NCBI GenBank assembly: GCA_029237775.1
Contig: JAQZBR010000006.1
Span: forward strand, 194,159 to 258,158
Source: Bacteroidota bacterium
GTDB lineage: Bacteria; Bacteroidota; Bacteroidia; 2-12-FULL-35-15
DNA: 64,000 nucleotides
Direction: 5' to 3'
Every line of letters begins with the position of its first letter. Position 1 is the stretch's first letter. The notes beneath the pieces are model-generated. The model was given only the letters and a program-made list of their open reading frames with translations, had not been told where the DNA came from and did no database searches. The position numbers and the translations under genes were made by a program. This document shows, one piece after another, positions 11,601 through 19,328 of the stretch.

Positions 11601-11872
11601 GTCATTATGAAGATCTTCATAAAAGTTTTGTTGATGAGGAAATTGATCTTTTGCCCGGTGATTCAATTTATATTTTCTCGGATGGTTTTACTGATCAGTT
11701 TGCTGAACATGTAGTTAAGAAATTCTCAACCAAACGCTTTAAAGCATTGTTGGCAGAAATCTCAGACAAAGATATGGAGGAGCAGCAACAGCTGATAGAT
11801 GAGGCCTTCAATGCCTGGAAAGGCAAAGAAGACCAGGTAGATGATGTTTTGGTGATGGGAATTAAATTCTGA
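8681..11872 (+). CDS. Sensor phosphatase: two-component regulator propeller, Y_Y_Y, TM, SpoIIE/PP2C domain
   Basis: Repeated 'DGL..N.V..I..D..G.LWIGT' blades; YRL.G.D..W...L.DGEYTF (Y_Y_Y); PPYW TM; YAQRIQ, PRDIVSGDFYW, DCTGHGVPGAFMS, FSDG..DQF, DDVLV. Confidence 0.9.
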   Translation: MRLKNTIIIVFFNLLASAAWSQIYNFRVFGVDEGLPQSYVYSISQTKTGFINVATGEGFCSFEGSKFKVFNTKDHLAENFVTTHFTDSKNITWLGHYQKGISFLRNEKFSSVRQTLDIASKVTCIAEDQKHHIWFSTQSKGLYRLDSLLHVDAIDSKNEEGSNAICFDHSGALLEGSDRGLFIYTLSKTGKVLTLKQEIKELSGKNVKCIVPVNTRKGAFWLAVDDYGIVGIEKNNGKYEVFVTIKNELNLKDCTFSSLFVDQKENLWIGDFGEGIRKISFYDKANKTAYYVNKIDDRNGLPNEYIQSIYEDYEGNMWFGSFGSGLVELPLEKFAFFEGKNGLNYKNATCIFIDRDGGFWVGNDKGLFQYNIEAPELSRQFDAKDGFVSSEVTAIAQDRSGLLWIGTKENGVYTFDKTKNSFQNFSKRKSLNTPNINSLIATLDNKIVIATSEGVYFYEQESESLKHLTTLDGLLHNNVTKVFEDNKKRLWFCSNGAGPYFLKDNEFNVFNNIPELRSFSITSITQSADGNVWIGTEGDGVFSYNERGGFVNFKVTEGLLSNYCYFIISDKNGNLWAGHKNGLSYKPAQLKTFRSYGKSDGLLFTDFNKNSCFRDVSGNLWLGTSNGLVKYNAEGENRIQAEPKTNIAGLMLNNTFYHPEESIEVPYDDYSVKVDYIAISFTDPAKVNFKYRLIGQDTIWRYTNSKFIEFPKLNDGEYTFQLLAANSDNVWNSKPAQISFVVKPPYWKRVWFYSMVFLFIGSLSYSVTRYRTRSLVEAKLLLEQKVNEKTALLQEEKATVEKIKFELEVKNKNVTDSINYAQRIQESILPSKYSISQAFNQSFIYYKPRDIVSGDFYWFAETEDDYLIAAVDCTGHGVPGAFMSLVGSTLLNELVSNKKITRPSAILTKLNSSIIRVLRQKSDYNSSHDGMDMAVCAISKDKKRLRFSGALRPLFHVRNKKLTELKGNPFFIGGHYEDLHKSFVDEEIDLLPGDSIYIFSDGFTDQFAEHVVKKFSTKRFKALLAEISDKDMEEQQQLIDEAFNAWKGKEDQVDDVLVMGIKF

Positions 11873-11874
11873 GA

Positions 11875-12447
11875 TCAGACAAGATAGTTCGCGATCTCGT
11901 CAGGTTTTAAATAATTTCTATTGATCGCTTTTCTTTCTTCAGTATAACCCGGAATACTTCTGATATAAATTGCATGTTCAAGCAATTCCTGCCCAAGGCC
12001 ATGGATGATAGCTCCCATGTCGGCTGCTTTTTCAACTTTTTCCTGAAACTCGGGAATCATATAACACGCAAGAAATTTCAAGAGCTCACCTTTTTCAAGA
12101 GAGTTGTATTGAAGAACGTGAGAGATCTCATGACCGAATACTCCCACTTTTGCTTCAAAAGTTAAATTCTTGATAAGCGCATAGAACATTGGTGCTTTAG
12201 CTTTTTCAAGGATAGTGACCGTATACTCACGGTCTGCGGGTGCCGCGAAAATGCTGGGAAACGTTGGTGCAGTGCCATAAGGAACACTGTGTTTATCTTT
12301 AAGGACAAAGTTTATTCTTACTTCTTTTAGCTCCGGGTATTTGGATAGCGCTGTAAGTATGGCTGCTTCATATTTCTGCGGAATGCTTTTGTGTCTGCCG
12401 AATTCATTTCTTAACAATTCGATCTCTGTTTCATCTGGCTCATTCAT
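11875..12447 (-). CDS. Hypothetical protein with HExxH zinc-metallopeptidase-like motif
   Basis: GVFGHEISHV followed by EKAAD, resembling M48-like peptidases. Confidence 0.6.
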   Translation of the reverse strand: MNEPDETEIELLRNEFGRHKSIPQKYEAAILTALSKYPELKEVRINFVLKDKHSVPYGTAPTFPSIFAAPADREYTVTILEKAKAPMFYALIKNLTFEAKVGVFGHEISHVLQYNSLEKGELLKFLACYMIPEFQEKVEKAADMGAIIHGLGQELLEHAIYIRSIPGYTEERKAINRNYLKPDEIANYLV

Positions 12448-12515
12448 AAATAAAATTTTTGTTGATTTATGAAAGGCATGAAAAAAATATGCTAGGGCTT
12501 ATGATGTTGAAGATT

Positions 12516-13187
12516 TTACTCTAATCGGAGCGGACGCTGCCATTTGCTTTTGACATTGTGTGTAGCAAGAGCAGTTTTAAGCTCATAATGGCCATTCTCA
12601 TGTTTTTCCATCACCACGATCTGGCAATTTTTAGGATTTGCGATCACCTCAAAATCTTCAACGGTCCAATGGAACCATCGCATCAGGAATAATCTGATAG
12701 CCATACCATGTGTAATGATCACGGTGTTATCGGGATAGTTTTCTTTTTCAAAATCGCGATGAAGCGTTCCCAGAAAATCACTTACCCTGTCGTAAACATC
12801 AGCTGCTGACTCTCCGTCAGGAATCCGGAAATAAAAGGTGCCGTAAGCATCGCGGTCTTTTTCAATCAGGAGGCCTTCATCGGGACTGCGTAAGTGCCCC
12901 CATTCCTGTTCCCTGATCCTTGGTTCTTCAACCCATTGAATTTTTTCACGGTCAAAAAGTTTGGCGATGTGCTCAAATGTGCTGCGCGTACGCCAAAATG
13001 GAGATATATAAAAAAAGATGGATTCATTTTCAACTATTGCCCGAAGCTCAACACTTGCTTTGATTGCCTGAATCACTCCTTCCTCAGAAAGCTCCAGAGC
13101 ATAATCCGGCTTCTCATGGTAAACAGTCCTGCTGACATTTCCTTCTGATTCCCCGTGCCTGATAAGGATAATCCGTTTTGGTTTCAT
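12516..13187 (-). CDS. Histidine phosphatase (phosphoglycerate mutase-like) family protein
   Basis: LIRHGESEGN, SPFWRTRST, IREQEWG, GESAADV, IITHG motifs. Confidence 0.9.
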   Translation of the reverse strand: MKPKRIILIRHGESEGNVSRTVYHEKPDYALELSEEGVIQAIKASVELRAIVENESIFFYISPFWRTRSTFEHIAKLFDREKIQWVEEPRIREQEWGHLRSPDEGLLIEKDRDAYGTFYFRIPDGESAADVYDRVSDFLGTLHRDFEKENYPDNTVIITHGMAIRLFLMRWFHWTVEDFEVIANPKNCQIVVMEKHENGHYELKTALATHNVKSKWQRPLRLE

Positions 13188-13284
13188 AGCTTTAAATTAC
13201 GAAATATTTTGTTTTTCAGATTTACTATTTTGCTTTAATAGCCATTTTCCATTACTTTTAACATTCACACAGAGAATCATTGTT

Positions 13285-15390
13285 ATGAATTATGGTGCGC
13301 TTAAAAAAGCTGTAATGCTTTTTATTTTTTTATTTACATTCTTTAAGGTACCCGCTCAAAATTCAACTCTTGATTCACTACTTGCCGAATTAAAAAGGCT
13401 GCAACACGGCCCGGCAGACATATCTGTTGATACCTCATATATCAATGCATGCTTTTCTATCGCTGATGAATATTATCATGCCGAAATGCAGGAAGAAGAA
13501 GAGTTCTATACTAATAAAGGACTTCATAAAATAGATTCTTTACTCTCAAAAGAAATATCAGATGAAGTTCTTAATGTTTGGTTGATCCATAAGCAGGGGA
13601 TAGGCTACGGTAATAAGGGAAATTATTACAGTGATATCGGTGATCTTCCTCAGTCCCTTGATTATTATTTTAAGGCATTGAGAAACGATGAGAAAATTAA
13701 TCACATCGAAGGGATGGAAAGACACCTGGGTAACATAGCAATTGTATATGACGACCTGGGTGATCATCAAAAATCGTTGAACTACTATTTCAGGGCACTG
13801 AAGTATGCGCATCTACGCAAAATGAAAAGTTCTGAGGCAGGCTTGTATGGTAATATAGCAACTGCCTACATGGATCTTCATGATAATAAAAGGGCTTTAA
13901 GCTATTGCTCAAAAGCGGTCGGGCTTTTTGAGGAGCTGAAGGATACTTCAGGAATTGCATATGTATTCGGAAACATAGGGTTGATATATAAAGATCTTGG
14001 GGATGAAAGGGCAGATGCAGGAACCGATGTTAAAGATGTGCCGGAGTACTATACTGCTGTTACCTATTTTAAAAAGGCGATTGAATTAAATGTTTTATCA
14101 GGTGGCGAAAAGTCGACTGAAGCAATTAACAAAGGAAGTCTTGGTTCTGTTTTCATGAGCATGAAAAAATACACAGACGCTGAAAAATATTTAAAGGAAT
14201 CTCTCGATATCTCAAAAAAAATAAATGATCTGTATGGTGTCATGTCTACCACAGAGCACTTGGGAGAACTATATGCAGAGATGGCCCGCCAAAAAGGGAT
14301 TAGTCAATCAGAGCAGATTCGTTTACTTCAATTGGCGAATAGTGAAATGCAGGAACACATGCTTGCCAAGGACTCCATTTTCAATCAGGATAAAACGAGC
14401 GATATTACAAGGAAGGAAATGAATTATGAATATGAGAAGAAAGAAGCTATCACAAAAGCTATAGCAGTCGCAGAAAAAAGGACACAGCATATTATTATTG
14501 GTTGTGTTATCGGTGGCCTGATTCTGTCACTTATATTCTTGTTGTTTATTTTCCGATCGTTACGCCTTACAAAAAAGCAGAAGATAATGATCGAATTGCA
14601 AAAGCGGGAAGTGGAAGAGCACCGCAAAGGTATAATCGATTCTATTACTTACGCGCGAAGGATTCAGGAAGCACTTTTAAAAGAAGAGGAACATGTTACG
14701 GCACATTTACCCGAACATTTTGTATTGTATAAACCGAAGGATATTGTATCAGGTGACTTTTACTGGAGTGTTGAAAAAAAAGGGTATTGGTTTATTTGTG
14801 TTGCAGATTGTACCGGCCACGGTGTTCCCGGAGCATTTATGAGCATGCTTGGCATTGCGTATCTTAACGAGATTATTTCTTCAGATCAGATACTTACTCC
14901 GGCAGATATCCTCAACCGGTTAAGAGAGAAGATCGTCAAAGAATTAAAACAAACCGGAGAAAGTGGCGAAAGCCAGGATGGTATGGACATATCAATGATA
15001 CGCTTTCATAAAGAGTCAGGTGAGACCTGTTGGGCAGGAGCAAATAATCCATTGTGGATTTCGGAGATTAAAGGTGGCATCCGGATGATAAAAGAAGTTG
15101 AACCCGATAAACAGCCTATTGGTTATACGTTTAATCCTGAACCATTCACAGATCATATCCTAAGCATTAAACAAGACGATATTGTTTATTTGTTCAGTGA
15201 TGGGTATGCTGATCAGTTTGGTGGTCCGAAGGGGAAAAAATTTAAGAGTAAAAATTTGCAGGCTGAGTTATTAAGGATTTGTAATGAACCACTGAATAAT
15301 CAAAAGGAAATTCTCGATTCAGTTTTCGAGGAGTGGCGCGGAAGCCTTGAACAGCTCGATGATGTTGCAATAATTGGAATAAGAATGTAA
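13285..15390 (+). CDS. TPR periplasmic sensor, TM, SpoIIE/PP2C phosphatase
   Basis: TPR repeats (GNIAIVYDDLGDHQKSLNYYFRAL), a TM helix, then PKDIVSGDFYW, DCTGHGVPGAFMS, FSDGYADQFGG, QLDDV. Confidence 0.9.
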   Translation: MNYGALKKAVMLFIFLFTFFKVPAQNSTLDSLLAELKRLQHGPADISVDTSYINACFSIADEYYHAEMQEEEEFYTNKGLHKIDSLLSKEISDEVLNVWLIHKQGIGYGNKGNYYSDIGDLPQSLDYYFKALRNDEKINHIEGMERHLGNIAIVYDDLGDHQKSLNYYFRALKYAHLRKMKSSEAGLYGNIATAYMDLHDNKRALSYCSKAVGLFEELKDTSGIAYVFGNIGLIYKDLGDERADAGTDVKDVPEYYTAVTYFKKAIELNVLSGGEKSTEAINKGSLGSVFMSMKKYTDAEKYLKESLDISKKINDLYGVMSTTEHLGELYAEMARQKGISQSEQIRLLQLANSEMQEHMLAKDSIFNQDKTSDITRKEMNYEYEKKEAITKAIAVAEKRTQHIIIGCVIGGLILSLIFLLFIFRSLRLTKKQKIMIELQKREVEEHRKGIIDSITYARRIQEALLKEEEHVTAHLPEHFVLYKPKDIVSGDFYWSVEKKGYWFICVADCTGHGVPGAFMSMLGIAYLNEIISSDQILTPADILNRLREKIVKELKQTGESGESQDGMDISMIRFHKESGETCWAGANNPLWISEIKGGIRMIKEVEPDKQPIGYTFNPEPFTDHILSIKQDDIVYLFSDGYADQFGGPKGKKFKSKNLQAELLRICNEPLNNQKEILDSVFEEWRGSLEQLDDVAIIGIRM

Positions 15391-15394
15391 AATT

Positions 15395-15424
15395 AAAAAG
15401 GCCCCGCTAAATGCGGAGCCTTTT
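15395..15424. terminator. Bidirectional terminator between convergent genes
   Basis: AAAAGGCCCCGC-taaat-GCGGAGCCTTTT. Confidence 0.7.
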
Positions 15425-15441
15425 ATTAATGATCATTACGC

Positions 15442-17349
15442 TTATTCAATCACTAGTTTACTTACAGTTTTCTTTCCTGAATTGTCCTTTATCGCTACGA
15501 TATAAACACCTGCACTGAGGCCTTTATCTGCAATAAGATATTCGTCAGTACTTACCTCTTTGTCTTTTATGACACTCGCACCTGTAATAGAAACCACTTC
15601 AAGGGAGTAAGGATATTCTGCTCCCTTCACATGTAAAAGGTCACCGGATCTTAAAGGATTGGGATAGAAGCTGATCTTTTCAGTTTCACTCTTAGCTACA
15701 TCTGAAATGCCTGTCGTTAATCCTAATCCCGATTGATGAATACCGATGCTGGAGGCCATTGCATTGATCGGATTATTAAAATAATCATGCGGTCCTGCAT
15801 TTATACCAAACGTATTCATAAGGTTCACTCCACCGTTTATTGCAGGCGATCCTGCTGCCACCTTGTAGGCGTTCAACTGGGTTGTAAGGCCCGGATAGAT
15901 AATAGCACCGGTCGCAGCATTTAACAACATAGGGTCTGCATTTATACCTGTTGCAATACCATTCACCATTTCTTTTCCGGTCGCAGATCTGAAAGCGGAA
16001 AGACTGTTATAGTAGGTCCCATGGTAAGCTAGTTTCAGGTTACTTCCCGAAGACCAATATAAGTTACCTGCAAATGCTGCATCATATCCGTTAGGTACAA
16101 GGATCAGCTGTGTTCCTCCGCTACTCTGGAAGATATTATTATACACTTCAACCCCGTTGATTCCCGTATTCCATTCCGTCAATGTGAAAGCCGAAACACC
16201 GGTGTTGGTGGATGATGGACTCACATAAACAGTGTTGTTATAGATCTTTGCGCCATTCATGACAGCGTTTGAACCTTTGAACAGGGTGATCCCGCCTGAG
16301 TTTGTACGTCCATCGTTTTCACTGATGTTGTATCGCACCACATTGTTTGACCACGGCCTTGCATCACTATATTGGCCAAGCAAATAACCGGCTCCATCAT
16401 TATCGTGAGAGTAGTTATATTGCATCAATGAATTGGTAACGCCACCATCAAAGTCAAACCCTAAACCGTCACACCCTGAACCGCCTGAATTTTTGTAGCT
16501 TTCGCAATATTGTATTGTCAGGTTGTCACAATCCCATGCCCAGATTCCTCCCGGCCCGCCACAATGTGTATTAGCTGTACCATTATGATGAGCAACAGAT
16601 TTTTCAATCAGGGAATTACTTGCCTGTGCAAGGATGATCCCGCTTCCTCTATGCATTGATGCATCAGCATATCCCGGTACATGATCAACCTCGGTATTTC
16701 TGATCGTTATATTCTGATGAGCATAGCCGGTATGGGACTGCATGGTAAATCCTCTGGTTGTAATACCATTCTGTTTCACCTGGTAAACATGCACACCCTG
16801 AATTAATACATTCTTAAAGCCGGTGTTGCCGCTTGAAGACAAGATCGCGATTCCGTCCTTACCATAATTATGGACATCGGTATCAATAATATCTATTTTT
16901 CCAAGCTTAACGTTTCCGGAAAGAGTTGTAGATATAAAGATCCCATTTGTGGAATTGCCGGTCATGCCTGCGCCTTCAAAACTAAGATTGGCGATCTTGA
17001 AGCCTTTAGTATTTAAGGCTGAAAACCCCGCTGATGTACCGGAGCTGATGATTGCTTTCCCTGAGCCATATGTTGAAAACGTAACAACGTTCAATTCGTC
17101 ATTTGCATCCGATTGATCGATTGTAATTCCGCCAGTAAAGATTCCACCACCTTCAAACAAAACATTTGTTCCGGGAGGTAAAACCATATTATTTAATTTA
17201 GAAAGGGATTTCCACGCTGTTGTTGCAGAAGTACCGTTTGAATTATCACTTCCGTTCGGACTAAGGTAATAGGTCGTTGCCTGAAGGCTTGTACCTAAAG
17301 CTAATGCCGCAATCGAAAATATTAAACTTTTCTTAGAGTTTTTTTTCAT
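15442..17349 (-). CDS. Right-handed parallel beta-helix protein (pectate-lyase-like fold) with T9SS type A CTD
   Basis: TTYYLSPNGSDNSNGTS...AWKSL, beta-helix coils (GIWAWDCDNLTIQYCESY, GFDFDGGVTNSLMQYNYSHDNDG), C-terminal FYPNP...GVYIV...KLVIE. Confidence 0.85.
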   Translation of the reverse strand: MKKNSKKSLIFSIAALALGTSLQATTYYLSPNGSDNSNGTSATTAWKSLSKLNNMVLPPGTNVLFEGGGIFTGGITIDQSDANDELNVVTFSTYGSGKAIISSGTSAGFSALNTKGFKIANLSFEGAGMTGNSTNGIFISTTLSGNVKLGKIDIIDTDVHNYGKDGIAILSSSGNTGFKNVLIQGVHVYQVKQNGITTRGFTMQSHTGYAHQNITIRNTEVDHVPGYADASMHRGSGIILAQASNSLIEKSVAHHNGTANTHCGGPGGIWAWDCDNLTIQYCESYKNSGGSGCDGLGFDFDGGVTNSLMQYNYSHDNDGAGYLLGQYSDARPWSNNVVRYNISENDGRTNSGGITLFKGSNAVMNGAKIYNNTVYVSPSSTNTGVSAFTLTEWNTGINGVEVYNNIFQSSGGTQLILVPNGYDAAFAGNLYWSSGSNLKLAYHGTYYNSLSAFRSATGKEMVNGIATGINADPMLLNAATGAIIYPGLTTQLNAYKVAAGSPAINGGVNLMNTFGINAGPHDYFNNPINAMASSIGIHQSGLGLTTGISDVAKSETEKISFYPNPLRSGDLLHVKGAEYPYSLEVVSITGASVIKDKEVSTDEYLIADKGLSAGVYIVAIKDNSGKKTVSKLVIE

Positions 17350-17632
17350 GCCTTTAGATTATACAGATCCTGTAGTGTATAATTATCTGCTGTGTATCAG
17401 ATAAAGATCACCTGTAGAAAATGCTGGTTCCTAAATAAAAATTAAGTTCTGTGTATGAACTCTAAGGTAAACGTAAGGAAGGCGAAGATATTAATGTTTG
17501 AACCGTCTTTTTAACATATTTTAATATTCAACACTACAATTTTTCGGTGAAATCGATATAATTGTCGATTAAAAGGGAGGAAGATGATTTTAATACAAAC
17601 TTTTAGTAGGGAATATTCAGTTAAATACCGTG

Positions 17633-18466
17633 TTATTTAGTTGCCAGCTGACGCAATAATTGGAGGTTTCTGATGTCAGCATTATTTTCATTAGGGGTTT
17701 CCAGCACTTTTGGGACATCCGGAAACATTTTCATTATGTATTCAAAGGGAATAGTTCCAATGAGGCCTTCGCTGATATGGGCATGGCGATCCAGTTTACT
17801 TCCTATTCCGCCTTTTGAATCATTGAGATGAAAGCAAAGCACTTTTTCAAGACCTATCCTTTTATCGATTTCTTTAAAGAATTGCTTAGTGCCTTTTACG
17901 GACCTGATGTCGTAACCGGCTGCAAATGCATGGCAGGTGTCAATACACAGACCTATGCGATCAGAATTAATGTAATCCAGAAGATCTGCTATATATTCTA
18001 TTTTTCCGCCAACACTAGTTCCCTGACCGGCAGTGTTTTCAATCAAAATTTTAACGGGATTATCATGTGTAGCGTTAAGTACAGTTTTAATATTATCCCC
18101 AATCTTTATTATCGCTTCTGTTCTGGATAATTTTCCTGCAGCTCCGGGATGAAGTACGGTGTGTGTTAGTCCTAAGGTTTTGCACCTCTGGACCTCCATT
18201 GCAAGCGAAAGAATAGATTTTTCGACTATTTCATCGTTCTCTGATGCGAGGCTGATAAGATATATAGTGTGCGAAAAGGCCTGCAAAATACCAGCTTCAA
18301 GACAAGCCTGTTTGAAAAGTTTTCCTTCAGCCTCATTCACCGTTTTCTCTTTCCACTGTTGCTGATTTTTAGTAAAGATCTGAATAGTGTTGATTGCAAG
18401 GCGTTGCGCTTCTTTAGCAGCATTTACATATCCTCCGGAAATTGAAACATGTGCACCTAATAACAT
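17633..18466 (-). CDS. nfo: Endonuclease IV (AP endonuclease)
   Basis: LGAHVSISGG, QIFTKN, VLHPG, IENTAGQG, LCIDTCHAFAAGYD, FHLNDSK...DRHAHI, LETP. Confidence 0.95.
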   Translation of the reverse strand: MLLGAHVSISGGYVNAAKEAQRLAINTIQIFTKNQQQWKEKTVNEAEGKLFKQACLEAGILQAFSHTIYLISLASENDEIVEKSILSLAMEVQRCKTLGLTHTVLHPGAAGKLSRTEAIIKIGDNIKTVLNATHDNPVKILIENTAGQGTSVGGKIEYIADLLDYINSDRIGLCIDTCHAFAAGYDIRSVKGTKQFFKEIDKRIGLEKVLCFHLNDSKGGIGSKLDRHAHISEGLIGTIPFEYIMKMFPDVPKVLETPNENNADIRNLQLLRQLATK

Positions 18467-18641
18467 ACGGAAATGATAAAAAAAACAGTGCCATATTTAT
18501 AAACGATTCCGTAAGTGGGTTGAGATTCACAGAATATAATAGTTATTACCATATTATATGCGTATCTTTAATTAGGTTATTCCGCGTTCCAATTTTCCTT
18601 TCGAGAATTCTCCCGCCAATCAGAAAATCACTGTTTTGCAA

Positions 18642-18707
18642 TGTGTGAATTATGTAAGCTTTGAAAAGGTTTATGTAAGAGTTAAAGTAACGAGACCGTT
18701 ACATTTG
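18642..18707 (+). promoter_or_regulatory. Island promoter motif copy 1 (upstream of the AraC regulator; probable autoregulation)
   Basis: TGTGTGAATTATGTAA-gctttgaaaa-GGTTTATGTAAG, then -7 box TACATTTG at 18700-18707. Confidence 0.75.
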
Positions 18708-18731
18708 TTTATATTATCTAATCCCACTAAT

Positions 18732-19307
18732 TTGAAGTTATACATTAAATATATGGTAAGTGCCCGCTGTAAAGTTGCAGTGAAGGAAGAGCTGAAGAAG
18801 TTGGGCTTGCATTTTATTGTAGTTGATCTTGGTGAAGTTGATATTATGGAAACTTTAACCTCGGAACAGCGATTGCAGGTTGCTGATGCTTTATTTTCAG
18901 TCGGTTTTCAGTTGATGGACGATAAGCGCGCTGTTTTGATTGAAAAGATAAAGAACGCTATCATTGAAATGGTGCATCATTCTGATGAGGTGGTAAAGAT
19001 TAATTTCTCTAATTTTTTAAGTGAGAAGCTTGGACATAACTATACATATCTCGCGAATTTATTTTCAGAAGTGCAGGGAACTACCATTGAGCAGTTTCTT
19101 ATATCCCATAAAATTGAACGAATCAAGGAACTCATAATTTACGGTGAGCTGAACATAACGGAGATCGCGTGGAAAATGAATTATAGCAGTGTGGCTCACC
19201 TTTCAAATCAATTTAAAAAGGCAACAGGACTCTCTCCATCACATTTCAAAAATTTAAAAGACAAAAGAAGAAATCCGATCGAAGAGGTTGGAAATGTTCA
19301 GCCTTAA
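18732..19307 (+). CDS. AraC family transcriptional regulator with short HMA-like N-terminal domain
   Basis: (M)KLYIKYMVSARCK...; AraC HTH ...YTYLANLFSEVQGTTIEQF...ELNITEIAWKMNYSSVAHLSNQFKKATGLSPS. Start placed at TTG 18732, downstream of the -7 box, rather than the track's 18636. Confidence 0.9.
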   Translation: MKLYIKYMVSARCKVAVKEELKKLGLHFIVVDLGEVDIMETLTSEQRLQVADALFSVGFQLMDDKRAVLIEKIKNAIIEMVHHSDEVVKINFSNFLSEKLGHNYTYLANLFSEVQGTTIEQFLISHKIERIKELIIYGELNITEIAWKMNYSSVAHLSNQFKKATGLSPSHFKNLKDKRRNPIEEVGNVQP

Positions 19308-19328
19308 ATAAAAGTAAAAGCGTATAAA

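Noticed and set aside
18515..18540. Minus-strand CTGTGAATC resembling the island motif upstream of nfo
   Set aside because: There is no TGTAA core and no second half-site at 21 bp.
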